Shown: positions 54,461 to 64,000 of the stretch, in pieces
How positions within the stretch are numbered: position 1 is the stretch's first letter
Layout of the letters: each line of letters starts with the position of its first letter
Origin: Eubacteriales bacterium
GTDB taxonomy: Bacteria > Bacillota > Clostridia > Oscillospirales > CAG-272
NCBI GenBank assembly: GCA_045661245.1
Contig: JAZRFH010000015.1
Location: 1,833 to 65,832, forward strand
Reading direction: 5' to 3'
DNA: 64,000 nucleotides
The notes under the pieces: model-generated
The model's database searches: none
Told to the model about the DNA's origin: nothing
Seen by the model: only the letters and a program-made list of their open reading frames with translations
Program-made: the position numbers and the translations under genes

Positions 54461-55552
54461 ATGAAAACCATAATGCTTGTATTTGGCACGCGCCCCGAAG
54501 CGATAAAAATGTGCCCTTTGGTTAACGAGCTCAAAACCAGAGAGGGCATAAAAACGGTAGTGTGTGTTACAGGTCAGCACCGCCAGATGTTAGATATGGT
54601 CCTTGATACTTTTGAGGTAGTTCCGGACTATGATTTATCTATAATGAAAGCAGGTCAAACTCTGTTTGATATTACCACAAATATATTAACTAAAATCGGT
54701 GAGGTGCTTGACGAGGTAAAGCCGGACGTGGTTTTGGTTCACGGTGATACGTCTACCACGTTTGTCACGGCTCTTGCATGCTTTTACAAGCAGATTGCAA
54801 TAGGTCACGTTGAGGCAGGATTGCGTACATACAACATTTACAGTCCGTATCCTGAAGAGTTTAACCGACAGGCAGTTTCAATCATTTCTAAATATAATTT
54901 TGCTCCCACTGAGCTTTCCCGTGCGAATCTTGTTAAGGAAGGTAAGGACGAAAGCAGCATTTACGTTACGGGTAATACTGCCATTGACGCTTTAAAAACT
55001 ACGGTACGCGAGGGTTACACTCACCCTGAGTTGGATTGGGCTAAGGATAGCCGTCTAATTATGATAACTGCGCATAGGCGCGAGAATCTCGGTGAGCCAA
55101 TGCATAACATGTTTCGCGCAATACGCAGAGTTATGGACGAGCATCCCGATGTGAAAGCAATTTATCCCATTCATATGAATCCGGTGGTTCGCAAGGCGGC
55201 AGACGAAGAGCTTGGCGACTGTGACAGAATCCGTATTATAGAGCCGCTTGAGGTACTTGATTTTCACAATTTCCTTGCGCGCAGTTATATGATTCTTACC
55301 GATAGCGGTGGGATTCAGGAAGAGGCGCCCTCGCTTGGTAAGCCTGTGCTCGTTATGCGTGATACAACCGAGCGCCCCGAGGGTATTAAGGCGGGCACCT
55401 TGAAGCTTGTAGGTACGGACGAAGACGTAATCTATGAGAATTTCAAGCTACTGCTTGAAGATAAAAATGCATACGATAAAATGTCAAAGGCAAGCAACCC
55501 ATACGGTGATGGATTTGCTTGTAAGCGCATAGCTGATATTTTGGAGCAGTAA
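54461..55552 (+). CDS. wecB: UDP-N-acetylglucosamine 2-epimerase (non-hydrolysing)
   Basis: MLVFGTRPEAIKMCPL, HVEAGLRT, TDSGGIQEEAPSLGKPVLVMRDTTERPEG. Confidence 0.92.
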   Translation: MKTIMLVFGTRPEAIKMCPLVNELKTREGIKTVVCVTGQHRQMLDMVLDTFEVVPDYDLSIMKAGQTLFDITTNILTKIGEVLDEVKPDVVLVHGDTSTTFVTALACFYKQIAIGHVEAGLRTYNIYSPYPEEFNRQAVSIISKYNFAPTELSRANLVKEGKDESSIYVTGNTAIDALKTTVREGYTHPELDWAKDSRLIMITAHRRENLGEPMHNMFRAIRRVMDEHPDVKAIYPIHMNPVVRKAADEELGDCDRIRIIEPLEVLDFHNFLARSYMILTDSGGIQEEAPSLGKPVLVMRDTTERPEGIKAGTLKLVGTDEDVIYENFKLLLEDKNAYDKMSKASNPYGDGFACKRIADILEQ

Positions 55553-56163
55553 TGAAAAAAATGACGGTATTAAAAAAAGCATTCAGAAGAATTATCAGAA
55601 CTGTTACAGGATATAAAGGCGTGTATTGTGACCTTGGCAAGAGCAACAAAATTTGCCGCCCCGCTTTTCTCCATGAGTTGACTACGATTGGTAATTATAA
55701 TTACATTGGACGTTATACAATGACACTGAATGCGGATATAGGTAGTTATTGTTCAATAGCATCGGGTGTTAAGATAGGTCAGGGTGACCATGACTTAAGC
55801 TGTGTTTCTACCAGCACACATATTTATGGACCTAAGCATGGCATAACAAATCACAATGATTGTGCTAATAAAACTATTATTGGTAATGACGTATGGATAG
55901 CTGCAAATGCAGTTGTTAAGCAGGGAGTTGTGGTTGGCACAGGCGCTGTTATCGGTGCCGGTGCTGTAGTTACTAAGGACGTACCACCGTATGCAATTGT
56001 TGGCGGTGTTCCGGCTAAGATTATCAGATACCGTTTTGATCACGAAACGATTAAAATGCTACTTAATAGTAAGTGGTGGGAGTTATCGCCGAAAGAAGCT
56101 GTAAAGCTCTGTAAAGAGTTACAAAGTATTGCACAGGCAAGTAGTGGTATGACAATACAGTAA
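55552..56163 (+). CDS. Hexapeptide-repeat O-acetyltransferase (CatB/Vat-related)
   Basis: Left-handed beta-helix repeats (IGNDVWIAANAVVKQGVVVGTGAVIGAGAVVTKDVPPYAIVGGVPAKIIRYRF) and a C-terminal WW-containing tail. Confidence 0.85.
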   Translation: MKKMTVLKKAFRRIIRTVTGYKGVYCDLGKSNKICRPAFLHELTTIGNYNYIGRYTMTLNADIGSYCSIASGVKIGQGDHDLSCVSTSTHIYGPKHGITNHNDCANKTIIGNDVWIAANAVVKQGVVVGTGAVIGAGAVVTKDVPPYAIVGGVPAKIIRYRFDHETIKMLLNSKWWELSPKEAVKLCKELQSIAQASSGMTIQ

Positions 56164-56201
56164 TGTATGTTTATTAATAATTGTATTTTTGGAGGTAAAC
56201 A

Positions 56202-57935
56202 ATGGCTTTGGTGATTCACTATAGAAATGGAAAATTGATCGATTCTGAATTAACATATCCTAAGGCTACACCGGCTCCTTTGTATAAATCGGGAAATAGT
56301 AACACATTTGTTATGGGAGAGGTTTTTGGTGCCTCGTTTGACGATGTTGTTAATAGTGATTGGATCAATAATCCCAGTGTTTTAAACGACTTTAACGGTG
56401 CAATTTCGATAGTTAACGCTGAGGATGCTGGGTGCGTTTTTGCGACAGACCTTAACGGAATTGAAAGCTGGTATATTTACCACAAAGAAGACGTATTCAT
56501 TTTATCTGATAATTTTTGGGATATAGTAAAAATCGTCAGGCCTGAGCAATCGGATTTGAACATAGATTATATCAAAACCTTTACGCTTATGTCCGCAAAC
56601 GGAGATACAGTGGTAGATGGGTTAAAGGTTGTATCCCCAACTACAATCGGCAGGTATGATGCTAAAAAAAACGTTTTGACACTTGAAAAGTATTCGGTTT
56701 TTCGTTACACCGGTGAAATTAAGGATGTAGAAGAGGCTGTCGATCGAATGGATAAAATCCTGGATCAGGCTATGAAAAACATTAAGCAAACATGCGGTGA
56801 TGTTAAATATGGAATTGGTGTTTCGGGCGGACTGGATTCCAGGGTAATTCCACATTACGCAAAGAAAAACGGAATGGATATTGTGGGATTTAACGTATGC
56901 GTTCCAAGACCTCATGGATTTTTTCTTTCTCAAAGCTGTAAAAATGCAAAAAAAATTGCTAAGGCCTTTGATATGCCTTACGAAAATACAAAGTGGGATG
57001 CCGATACGATAGAAGAAAAAATAAAATTAAAGGTTATGCATTATCCTCTTGGCAGTGGACGTAATTCCTTTAAATTCGAACCTAATATGCCAAGGTTTGA
57101 AGTTTTACTTACCGGTGGTTCGGGGCTTATTGTAGGTAGTATGTTACCTGTAAAAATTAACGACTGGTCTCGTGATGAGCTGGTGGATTTCATGAGTTCA
57201 TTTTTTAACGGAGTAAATAACTGCAGAACTTTTTCTTCAAGGGCTAAACGAGGGCTTAACTATATCTTTGGATTGAAATTAGATGCAAATTCAAAATCCA
57301 ACTCTTTCTATTCTGCAGAAAATATAGATTTTATTGAGAAAAACAATTCAATAGCAGCTTTTGTTGATAAAGGATTGGAAATAGGACAAACAAATCTTGA
57401 AATATATGAGGACTATTTTGCCAATGTGATAGGCTTCCGCAATAGATATGGCGCGTATGAATCCATTTTGGGTCAGAAACGCAGCTTTTCGATTTATGTT
57501 CCTTTTATGCTTAAGGAAACCTTAAAATGGGATCCAAAGCTATTGTTTGACCGTGCGGTGCTCAAAAGATTGATAGTGAAGTATATTCCCGAGGTAAAGG
57601 ATGTTCAATCCGAGCAATTTGAAGCAGCGCCCGGAAAAAAAGTTGTTTTATGGCGTAAATTCTGTAATATGGTTGAATTTCTTGTTCGAGGAAATGGAGC
57701 CGCGACTGACGAGTTTTGGATGAAAAAACGAAGCATGAAGAAGAAATTGAAACAAAGATTAAACAATAATTGCACGTGGTTTAAAGGCAGCTTTGGCGAA
57801 GAATCTAATGGAATGGACAACCGCGTCTTGAAAAGCAAGAATTGTGAATTTATGATCAACGTCTGGGAATTTAAAGCGTTTATAGATACTTTGGAGACCA
57901 AAGAATATTTGGATTTCAATTTTTCTACTACATAA
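56202..57935 (+). CDS. Asparagine synthase-like PP-loop ATPase lacking the N-terminal Cys nucleophile
   Basis: PP-loop GVSGGLDSRV. The N-terminal region retains an AsnB-like fold pattern (FNGAISIV..DLNGIESWYIY..FILSD), but the protein starts MALV rather than MCG. GGAGG RBS. Confidence 0.7.
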   Translation: MALVIHYRNGKLIDSELTYPKATPAPLYKSGNSNTFVMGEVFGASFDDVVNSDWINNPSVLNDFNGAISIVNAEDAGCVFATDLNGIESWYIYHKEDVFILSDNFWDIVKIVRPEQSDLNIDYIKTFTLMSANGDTVVDGLKVVSPTTIGRYDAKKNVLTLEKYSVFRYTGEIKDVEEAVDRMDKILDQAMKNIKQTCGDVKYGIGVSGGLDSRVIPHYAKKNGMDIVGFNVCVPRPHGFFLSQSCKNAKKIAKAFDMPYENTKWDADTIEEKIKLKVMHYPLGSGRNSFKFEPNMPRFEVLLTGGSGLIVGSMLPVKINDWSRDELVDFMSSFFNGVNNCRTFSSRAKRGLNYIFGLKLDANSKSNSFYSAENIDFIEKNNSIAAFVDKGLEIGQTNLEIYEDYFANVIGFRNRYGAYESILGQKRSFSIYVPFMLKETLKWDPKLLFDRAVLKRLIVKYIPEVKDVQSEQFEAAPGKKVVLWRKFCNMVEFLVRGNGAATDEFWMKKRSMKKKLKQRLNNNCTWFKGSFGEESNGMDNRVLKSKNCEFMINVWEFKAFIDTLETKEYLDFNFSTT

Positions 57936-57964
57936 AACCGTTATGTCTTTTGTGACGTTTTAAT

Positions 57965-59128
57965 ATGGAGGTAAATGTGTTGATTTCTTTGCTGCGTAAA
58001 ATGGCAGGAAAATTTAGCGGAAAATCATTATTTGATTATCCTGTTGAAAAACAGAAAGAATATTTGTCGAGATTTCGCGAGCCGCGTTCTCTGATAGAGC
58101 GTTCGTTCTTTCAGTACAAAGCTCAAATGAAGTTAAAGGGATTTTGGATTTCGTTGTTGCTTAACACAGCCTCCGTACCGCTGTTTTTTATCTATTTTTT
58201 AATGCCGGGTAATAGGTTAAATGAATGTTTAGCGTGTGATGCGGTTTTTGTAAAGGACGGTGGAGTGAACGATAACGTTTTGCCTGATTCGTTGAGAGAA
58301 GAATATGGCCGCCTTGAAACCAAAGCAGTTGAGGGGCGAAAGCTTAATTTAAAAGATAGATTTTATATACTTAAATTTCTATTCAAGTACCCGCTTTCGT
58401 GGCATTTTGCACTTAAGGCGGAGATTAAAATTGCAAGATACAGATGGCTTATATCTCTTTACTCGCCAAAGGCGTTGATAGTACATAATGAGTATTCCTT
58501 TACCAGCTCGCTGCTTACAGATTTTTGCAACAGAAACGGTGTTGAGCTGATTAACGTTATGCATGGTGAGAAGCTTTTCTTTATGCGTGACAGCTTCTTT
58601 CAGTTTAACCGTTGCTATATTTGGGATGCATTTTATAAAGATTTGTTTACGGAATTGCGCGCCGATTCTGAGCAGTTTATAGTCGAAGTTCCGCCGTCGC
58701 TTTTGTTTGAAAAGCAAAGTAGCTATAAAACCGTGGATTATACATACTATCTTCAAGCGCAAGGCGGTGCACGGCTTGAACTCATCGCCAATATAATGAA
58801 GGATCTTAAACAAAAAGGTTATACGGTTGCTATAAGACCGCATCCGAGATACACGAATATGGAAATGCTGAAGGGTTATCTTGGTGATAGCAATATTGAG
58901 GTTGAAAAGTGCGGCGAGTTTTCAATTGAAGACTCTATACTCAGAACTAAAAACGCAATATCCATATATTCTACCGTTCTGCAACAGGCTTATTATAATG
59001 GCACAAAAGTGATTATAGATGATGTTTCAGATCCTAAAATGGTATCCAAACTGCAAGAGTTGCAATATATTATGGCAAGGACAGATAACACGCTTATTTC
59101 TGCGGCGCTTGCCGTAGTGGAAAAGTGA
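57965..59128 (+). CDS. Hypothetical protein, possible GT-B-like transferase (HP motif)
   Basis: 387 aa. One TM helix (GFWISLLLNTASVPLFFIYFLM). VAIRPHPRY and ISIYSTVLQQAYYNG are reminiscent of capsule/teichoic-type transferases. The true start may be GTG 57977 or TTG 57980, given GGAGG at 57967-57971. Confidence 0.35.
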   Translation: MEVNVLISLLRKMAGKFSGKSLFDYPVEKQKEYLSRFREPRSLIERSFFQYKAQMKLKGFWISLLLNTASVPLFFIYFLMPGNRLNECLACDAVFVKDGGVNDNVLPDSLREEYGRLETKAVEGRKLNLKDRFYILKFLFKYPLSWHFALKAEIKIARYRWLISLYSPKALIVHNEYSFTSSLLTDFCNRNGVELINVMHGEKLFFMRDSFFQFNRCYIWDAFYKDLFTELRADSEQFIVEVPPSLLFEKQSSYKTVDYTYYLQAQGGARLELIANIMKDLKQKGYTVAIRPHPRYTNMEMLKGYLGDSNIEVEKCGEFSIEDSILRTKNAISIYSTVLQQAYYNGTKVIIDDVSDPKMVSKLQELQYIMARTDNTLISAALAVVEK

Positions 59129-59157
59129 AATAATACATTTTTGAATTAGGAGTTTTT

Positions 59158-60402
59158 ATGAAAATTTTGATGCTAGCACCTTACGTATATGCACCTGCTT
59201 TTGAAGAGCATTGTAAAAACAAAACCGGCTTTGGATTTATGGTTTATGATATTGCAAAATCGGTCGGCGAAGCAGGCAACGATGTGGTGGCGGCAGTACA
59301 TGCATTTGGACCGGAGAGGGAATGCGAGAATTTTAAAATTCTTAAAAACAATACCTTAAGTAATATAATTTTCGGTAATTTTAAGAGCCTGTCAAGCTTT
59401 TATCGCAAGATGAGGAAAAACGACATTTCCTTTAAAAGCGTTTTGCGTTATTTATACTATTACTTAAATATCGGGTACTTAAAGCATCTGATAAAGAAAG
59501 AAAAACCAGATATAGTACACATACACGGATGTTCGGTTTTTATTGACAATATTATGGATATGCTAAACGAGCTTAATGTCCCTTATGTTATAACACTTCA
59601 CGGACTTTTACAGTATGACGTCGCGGGCGGTTCCAAGTTCAACCAATTGTGTGAGAAAAGCTTTGTTCAAAAAAGTGCTGAGGAGCAAATACCTATGACT
59701 GTCATAAGCTCAGGAATGAAGGATGATTTTCTGTCGAATTATTATGGAGCAAAAAACAACAGCCAAGTCCATGTTGTAACTAATGGAATAGATGTTACCC
59801 GCTTGGAAAAATCGTATAGTATTCACGAGAAGCATAACATTCCGAGTGATAAGAAAATAATTCTTTGTGTAGGCAGTATTTGCCCTACCAAAAACCAACA
59901 GCAACTGATAAGATCGTTTTACTTAATGTCAGAGGATATTAAAAAAGACAGCGTTTTGTTGTTGGTTGGTTCTATGAATGGCACGTACTCTGTATCAGAA
60001 GAAATAGAGAAGCTGAGCTTGCAGGACAAGGTTTTTTGCACCGGCTTTGTTCCAAGGGAAGAGCTTAAAAATTATTATTCAACAGCACATGTTACAGCTT
60101 GTGCAAGCATTGTAGAAGGTTTTGGCATCTCCATGGTTGAGAGTTTTGTATACGGCACTCCAACCGTTGCATTCTCGGACATACAGGCAATTCCCGATAT
60201 ATACAATGAAGATGCTATGCTTCTTTGCCACGAAAGAAGCGATACAGCTTTTGCAAGTGCACTGGAAAAAGCTCTTATGATGGAATGGAATAAGACAAAA
60301 ATCCAAGAACACAGCCGTAAGTTTTCGTTACAGACCATGGCACAGAAATATATATCGGTTTATAACACGGTAATAAACAATTCACCGATAAAAGGAAGAT
60401 AA
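59158..60402 (+). CDS. Glycosyltransferase family 4
   Basis: GT-B with EX7E motif (EGFGISMVESFVYGTPTVAF). AGGAG RBS. Confidence 0.85.
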   Translation: MKILMLAPYVYAPAFEEHCKNKTGFGFMVYDIAKSVGEAGNDVVAAVHAFGPERECENFKILKNNTLSNIIFGNFKSLSSFYRKMRKNDISFKSVLRYLYYYLNIGYLKHLIKKEKPDIVHIHGCSVFIDNIMDMLNELNVPYVITLHGLLQYDVAGGSKFNQLCEKSFVQKSAEEQIPMTVISSGMKDDFLSNYYGAKNNSQVHVVTNGIDVTRLEKSYSIHEKHNIPSDKKIILCVGSICPTKNQQQLIRSFYLMSEDIKKDSVLLLVGSMNGTYSVSEEIEKLSLQDKVFCTGFVPREELKNYYSTAHVTACASIVEGFGISMVESFVYGTPTVAFSDIQAIPDIYNEDAMLLCHERSDTAFASALEKALMMEWNKTKIQEHSRKFSLQTMAQKYISVYNTVINNSPIKGR

Positions 60403-60403
60403 T

Positions 60404-61612
60404 ATGAAAATAGATATCGGGCGAAAAAATCGCAATCATGTATTAGAAATGCTAATACCGTTTTTTGGAGTATTTGAACCATACCGGATTTCGATAATTC
60501 CTGTAATAGCCATGCTTCTTATTGCTGTTATAATATCCCGCGGGAAAATAAATTTTAAAATTACAAAGAGCACTATGCCGTATGTACTGTTCGTAGCATA
60601 TATATCCTTACGTGACGTATTGCATATGTTTTTGTCTGTTTCCGATCCAATGGAAGTGCAATTTAACCGTCTATTGGAAAGCGTTGTACTTTACACATTG
60701 GTTTTTGTAGCCTGTAACAATGATTTCGACGAAGATGCATTGTTTAAATGGTGGAAGGTTGCGGGTATTATTTTTGGTGCCGGTATGCTGTACCATGTTT
60801 TTCAGATTTTGGTATTAGACCAAAACATATATCCTCTGAGCCTTATTCCGGGGTATGATATTGCTCACGATACGGAAGCGTTGTACTCCAGGCCTTCTTC
60901 ATTCTTTTCGGAGCCTGCCGCATACGTTGGTTCTATGTTACCCTTACTGTTTTTATCATTGAAAAAAAAGAACTTTAAATGGGCTGCGATTTCTACATTT
61001 TTGATTACAGTATCTACGTCTACCGTTGGAGTAATACTGGTTGCTGTGCTTTGGCTTATGTTTATACTGTTTGAAAAAAAGAGCTTTAAGGTTGCGATTA
61101 TTTATTCAACATTCGTAGTGTGTTTTGTAATTATGTTTCAGTATTTGCCCATCTTTTCAGACACATTGCAAAAGCTGCAGGATGTTTCAGCAGGCGAAAG
61201 CACGTGGGGTACCCGTGTAAAGGGCCCTTTTCAAATGATATCAGCTATGGATTGGTATGAGTTTCCGTTTGGAACGAATATTTTGGATGCTCGGGAATTT
61301 ATATCAAAGCATTTTGAGAAATTCATGAAAGATTTCTCGCCGATTATATATGTTGGTGAAGGAGACGGCTTTTTCTTAAACACAATTTGTTTAATCATTT
61401 ACAGATACGGTATTCTTGGTTTGTTCTTTTATCTCAGAATATTCAGTGATAAGATATTTAAGTCAACGTATGAAGCTAGAATGTATGTAATCATGCTGAT
61501 AGTTGCTTCATTTGGGCAAGGCTCTGTCGCATCTCCGGGTATACCGCTTGCATTGACTTTGCTGTATGCAAATAGGATGAAAAAAGTGAATGATATTGTA
61601 ATGGATAATTGA
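60404..61612 (+). CDS. Polysaccharide polymerase (Wzy / O-antigen ligase-like)
   Basis: 402 aa, ~10-11 TM with a large loop, low sequence complexity. Position inside a Wzx/Wzy-type locus. Confidence 0.65.
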   Translation: MKIDIGRKNRNHVLEMLIPFFGVFEPYRISIIPVIAMLLIAVIISRGKINFKITKSTMPYVLFVAYISLRDVLHMFLSVSDPMEVQFNRLLESVVLYTLVFVACNNDFDEDALFKWWKVAGIIFGAGMLYHVFQILVLDQNIYPLSLIPGYDIAHDTEALYSRPSSFFSEPAAYVGSMLPLLFLSLKKKNFKWAAISTFLITVSTSTVGVILVAVLWLMFILFEKKSFKVAIIYSTFVVCFVIMFQYLPIFSDTLQKLQDVSAGESTWGTRVKGPFQMISAMDWYEFPFGTNILDAREFISKHFEKFMKDFSPIIYVGEGDGFFLNTICLIIYRYGILGLFFYLRIFSDKIFKSTYEARMYVIMLIVASFGQGSVASPGIPLALTLLYANRMKKVNDIVMDN

Positions 61613-61628
61613 TGGACGGGTTTAAATA

Positions 61629-62876
61629 ATGAAAAAGATACTAATAATGTTAGGCGCTTATTATCCCAATACCTCTGCCAATGGAATTTGTGTTGGGCGC
61701 ATAGTAGACGAGCTTTTGTTAAAAGGAAACGAGGTTTTTTGTTTATGCAATTCACAGCCTAACGTCTCCGATACAGAGCATATAGGAAATCTGCATATCT
61801 ATAGAATTAAGTCATTATCTACAAACAAATACTGGCAGCTTAAAAACAGCAGTTCAAACTCGTTTGCCAAGATTTATTATTCATTGGCTTATAAAATCAG
61901 TGTGTTTGGGGTAATGATAAGATCTTTGATAAATTTTCCTGTATCTTCAGCAGCACGTGCACGTAAGTATTACCGTACAGCAGAAAAAATTATCAGTAAA
62001 AACTGTATAGATACAGTGATCGGTGTTAATATGCCGATTGAGGCATTGTACGGTGCGTATTTGGTAAAAAGGAAGCATCAGAATATTGATTTTGTTCCGT
62101 ATTGCTTGGACCCTGTGTACGGAGGCGCAGATAATAAGTTTTTATCCGATAAGACCGTTAATAAGCGTAATTATAAATTCGAACAAAGGATGCTGGAGGA
62201 ATGCACGCTGTTTATTGCACAGAATGAACATTTGGAGCATTTTGAAAAAGCACATAGCCAGCACATCGGCAAATTAAGATTTGTGGGCGTGCCTCTTCTT
62301 GTGAGACGGGATAATTTCGAGAAAGAAGCAGAGGAGGGAAAGAAGGTTCTTTTGTATGCCGGTGCTCTTTCCCCAAAAACAAGGAATCCTGCATATATAT
62401 TTAATGTTTTTAAGCACGTTAAAAACGTCAGATTAAAAATGTATGTTTCGAATATTGAGGACTGGGTAAGGGAAGCGGCAAGAGGAATAGACAGTATTGA
62501 AATAAACGGCAGAATATCTCATGAAGAAATTCTCAAAGAAATGTCGCTAGCGGATGCATTTTTAAATATAGGCAATACTCAATCCATGTTTTGCCCCAGT
62601 AAAATAGTTGAGTACATTAGCTATGGTAAACCCATTGTTTCCTTATATAGGACGGATAATGATACATGCCGTGATTATATGTTGAAATATCCGCTTGGGT
62701 TGTATATTGATGAGCGGGCGGTGGATTTTGTCACCGCGGCAGAAAAAATCGAGTCTTTCATAAATACAAACAGCGATATTGTTCATTATAATACCTTGAA
62801 GGAAATATATTATGACAATACTCCGGAATATATCGCAAATATAGTTTGTAACTTATCGAACAACAATGGAGAATAA
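61629..62876 (+). CDS. Glycosyltransferase (GT-B, GT4-like)
   Basis: N-terminus KILIMLGAYYPNTSANGI, and C-terminal nucleotide-sugar motif (FCPSKIVEYISYGKPIV). Confidence 0.7.
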   Translation: MKKILIMLGAYYPNTSANGICVGRIVDELLLKGNEVFCLCNSQPNVSDTEHIGNLHIYRIKSLSTNKYWQLKNSSSNSFAKIYYSLAYKISVFGVMIRSLINFPVSSAARARKYYRTAEKIISKNCIDTVIGVNMPIEALYGAYLVKRKHQNIDFVPYCLDPVYGGADNKFLSDKTVNKRNYKFEQRMLEECTLFIAQNEHLEHFEKAHSQHIGKLRFVGVPLLVRRDNFEKEAEEGKKVLLYAGALSPKTRNPAYIFNVFKHVKNVRLKMYVSNIEDWVREAARGIDSIEINGRISHEEILKEMSLADAFLNIGNTQSMFCPSKIVEYISYGKPIVSLYRTDNDTCRDYMLKYPLGLYIDERAVDFVTAAEKIESFINTNSDIVHYNTLKEIYYDNTPEYIANIVCNLSNNNGE

Positions 62877-62879
62877 GTA

Positions 62880-64000
62880 GATGAACAAATCGCAAAAAAG
62901 CATGCTGAATGCAAGCACAGCGTTGCTGAATATGCTGGTCACAAGCGTTGTGGGGCTGGTTCTCGGTAAGAGCATTTTAAATAATTATGGCTCGGAATAT
63001 AATGGAATAAATGCTACTGCCTCTCAAATAATCAGCACTATTATGGTTTTAGAGGGTGGATTTACGCTTGCCAGTAATATAGCGTTGTTTGCTCCGTTAG
63101 CAAAAAATGATTACAATTCTGTAAATGGGATTTTATCGGCAAGCAAAAGAAAGTTTTTCGTAATAGGCAGTATTGCTTTTGCTATAGGGTGCTTAATTTC
63201 ATTTGTATATCCGCTGATGGTTTCGAGTTCGATGCCATATTTTGAATTTGTGCTGTTGATGTTTACTATTTTGCTTCCGTCATGCTTTAATCTTGGATTT
63301 AATATGAAGCATAGAGTGCTTCTTTTGACCGAGCAAAAGGAATATATTATATCGCTTTTCTCTACGATAACCTACGCACTTGGAAATATCATAGCAATTG
63401 CAGCTATTTATTGGGGTGTTTCTCTTGTAATTGCCCGAGTAATAATTATGATTTCCTTGTTTGTTAATTACATAATGATTGCGTTGTACTGTCGATATAA
63501 ATATCCATTCATTAATTATAACGCACAGCCGATGTTTGAAAAAATAAAGGGTACAAAAAGCGTTATTGCGTTAAAGCTTACCTCTATAGCATACTCCACC
63601 CTTCCCATCATAGCTATTTCCGCCATTCCCGAACAAGGGGCTCTGTTAGCTAGTGTTTATGCAGTTTATAAAAGCGTTGTTTCAATGATAAAAAACTGCT
63701 TGTCTTCTATAACTAATGCGCCACGCCTGGGATTTGGCGCACTGTTCGCAGAAGGAAGAACAGAGGAAGCTAAGAAAAAATTTGTTCAGTATGAAATGAT
63801 CACATGCATCGGAATCAGTGTGGTGCTGGGAACTACATGTTTGTTGCTTATGTCGTTTATTGATATTTACACAAGAGGAGTTAATGATACAAATTATCAT
63901 AACAATTTACTTGCTATTATGATGCTGTTAACTGTATTTTTTGAGACGCTACACATTCCCAGTGGACAAATGATTCAAATGTCAGGAAGATTCAGGGCAT
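62880..64000 (+). CDS. Oligosaccharide flippase (Wzx, MOP superfamily), 3'-truncated by window edge
   Basis: Not in the ORF track because it has no stop. Hand translation of frame 3 from ATG 62880 shows no stop through 64000 (MNKSQKSMLNASTALLNMLVTSVVGLVLGKSIL..). Polytopic and hydrophobic, with a typical Wzx N-terminus. Confidence 0.75.

Noticed and set aside
1-64000. Search for CRISPR arrays, integrases or transposases, prophage genes, restriction-modification, toxin-antitoxin or other known defence signatures
   Set aside because: No spaced direct-repeat array, no recombinase, transposase or methyltransferase motifs, and no small paired ORFs of TA type were recognisable by eye in any frame. 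The only mobile-element-like trace is the tRNA-Gln 3'-end duplication reported above.

Overview
This looks like a chromosomal window from a spore-forming Firmicute of Clostridia type. The evidence is an addA tail, a T-box-controlled ileS, a SpoVAF/GerA-type gene and a Re-citrate-synthase/aconitase/IDH cluster. I support about 56 protein-coding genes, one tRNA-Gln, two pseudogenes or interrupted genes, several consensus sigma-A promoters and many intrinsic terminators. I recognised no rRNA, CRISPR array, transposase, integrase, restriction-modification or toxin-antitoxin signature.

Layout:
- 1-22.7 kb: housekeeping and envelope genes (addA, birA, ileS, a P-type ATPase, PAP2, a lipase, a decayed nagA, GT8 plus a flippase-like protein, a spoVAF-like gene, a dipeptidase).
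- 22.9-32.1 kb: an RDD protein, a CUT1-type ABC importer, an SNase/OB lipoprotein nuclease interrupted by one in-frame TAA, and a 794-aa multi-module lipoprotein.
- 32.2-45.6 kb: mixed metabolism (NUDIX, rpe, ThrE pair, an orphan OadB plus an unlisted 50-aa ORF, cls, tRNA-Gln with a duplicated 3' end, Hrb-type rubredoxin, a GH78 rhamnosidase, and surE with two tandem DHH/NrnA paralogues).
- 45.7-50.9 kb: an autoregulated-looking Re-citrate synthase operon.
- 51.1-64.0 kb: a Wzx/Wzy-type polysaccharide locus. It is visibly AT-richer than the core and contains a ManNAcA pathway, an AsnB-like PP-loop enzyme lacking the N-terminal Cys, and an unassignable 387-aa protein.

Best candidates for something not yet described:
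1. The ABC importer + SNase-OB nuclease + triple-module lipoprotein locus.
2. The uronate-modification module of the polysaccharide locus.
3. The tRNA-Gln 3'-end duplication bracketing an 89-bp structured insert.

All functional calls rest on motif recognition by eye. No database search was run.
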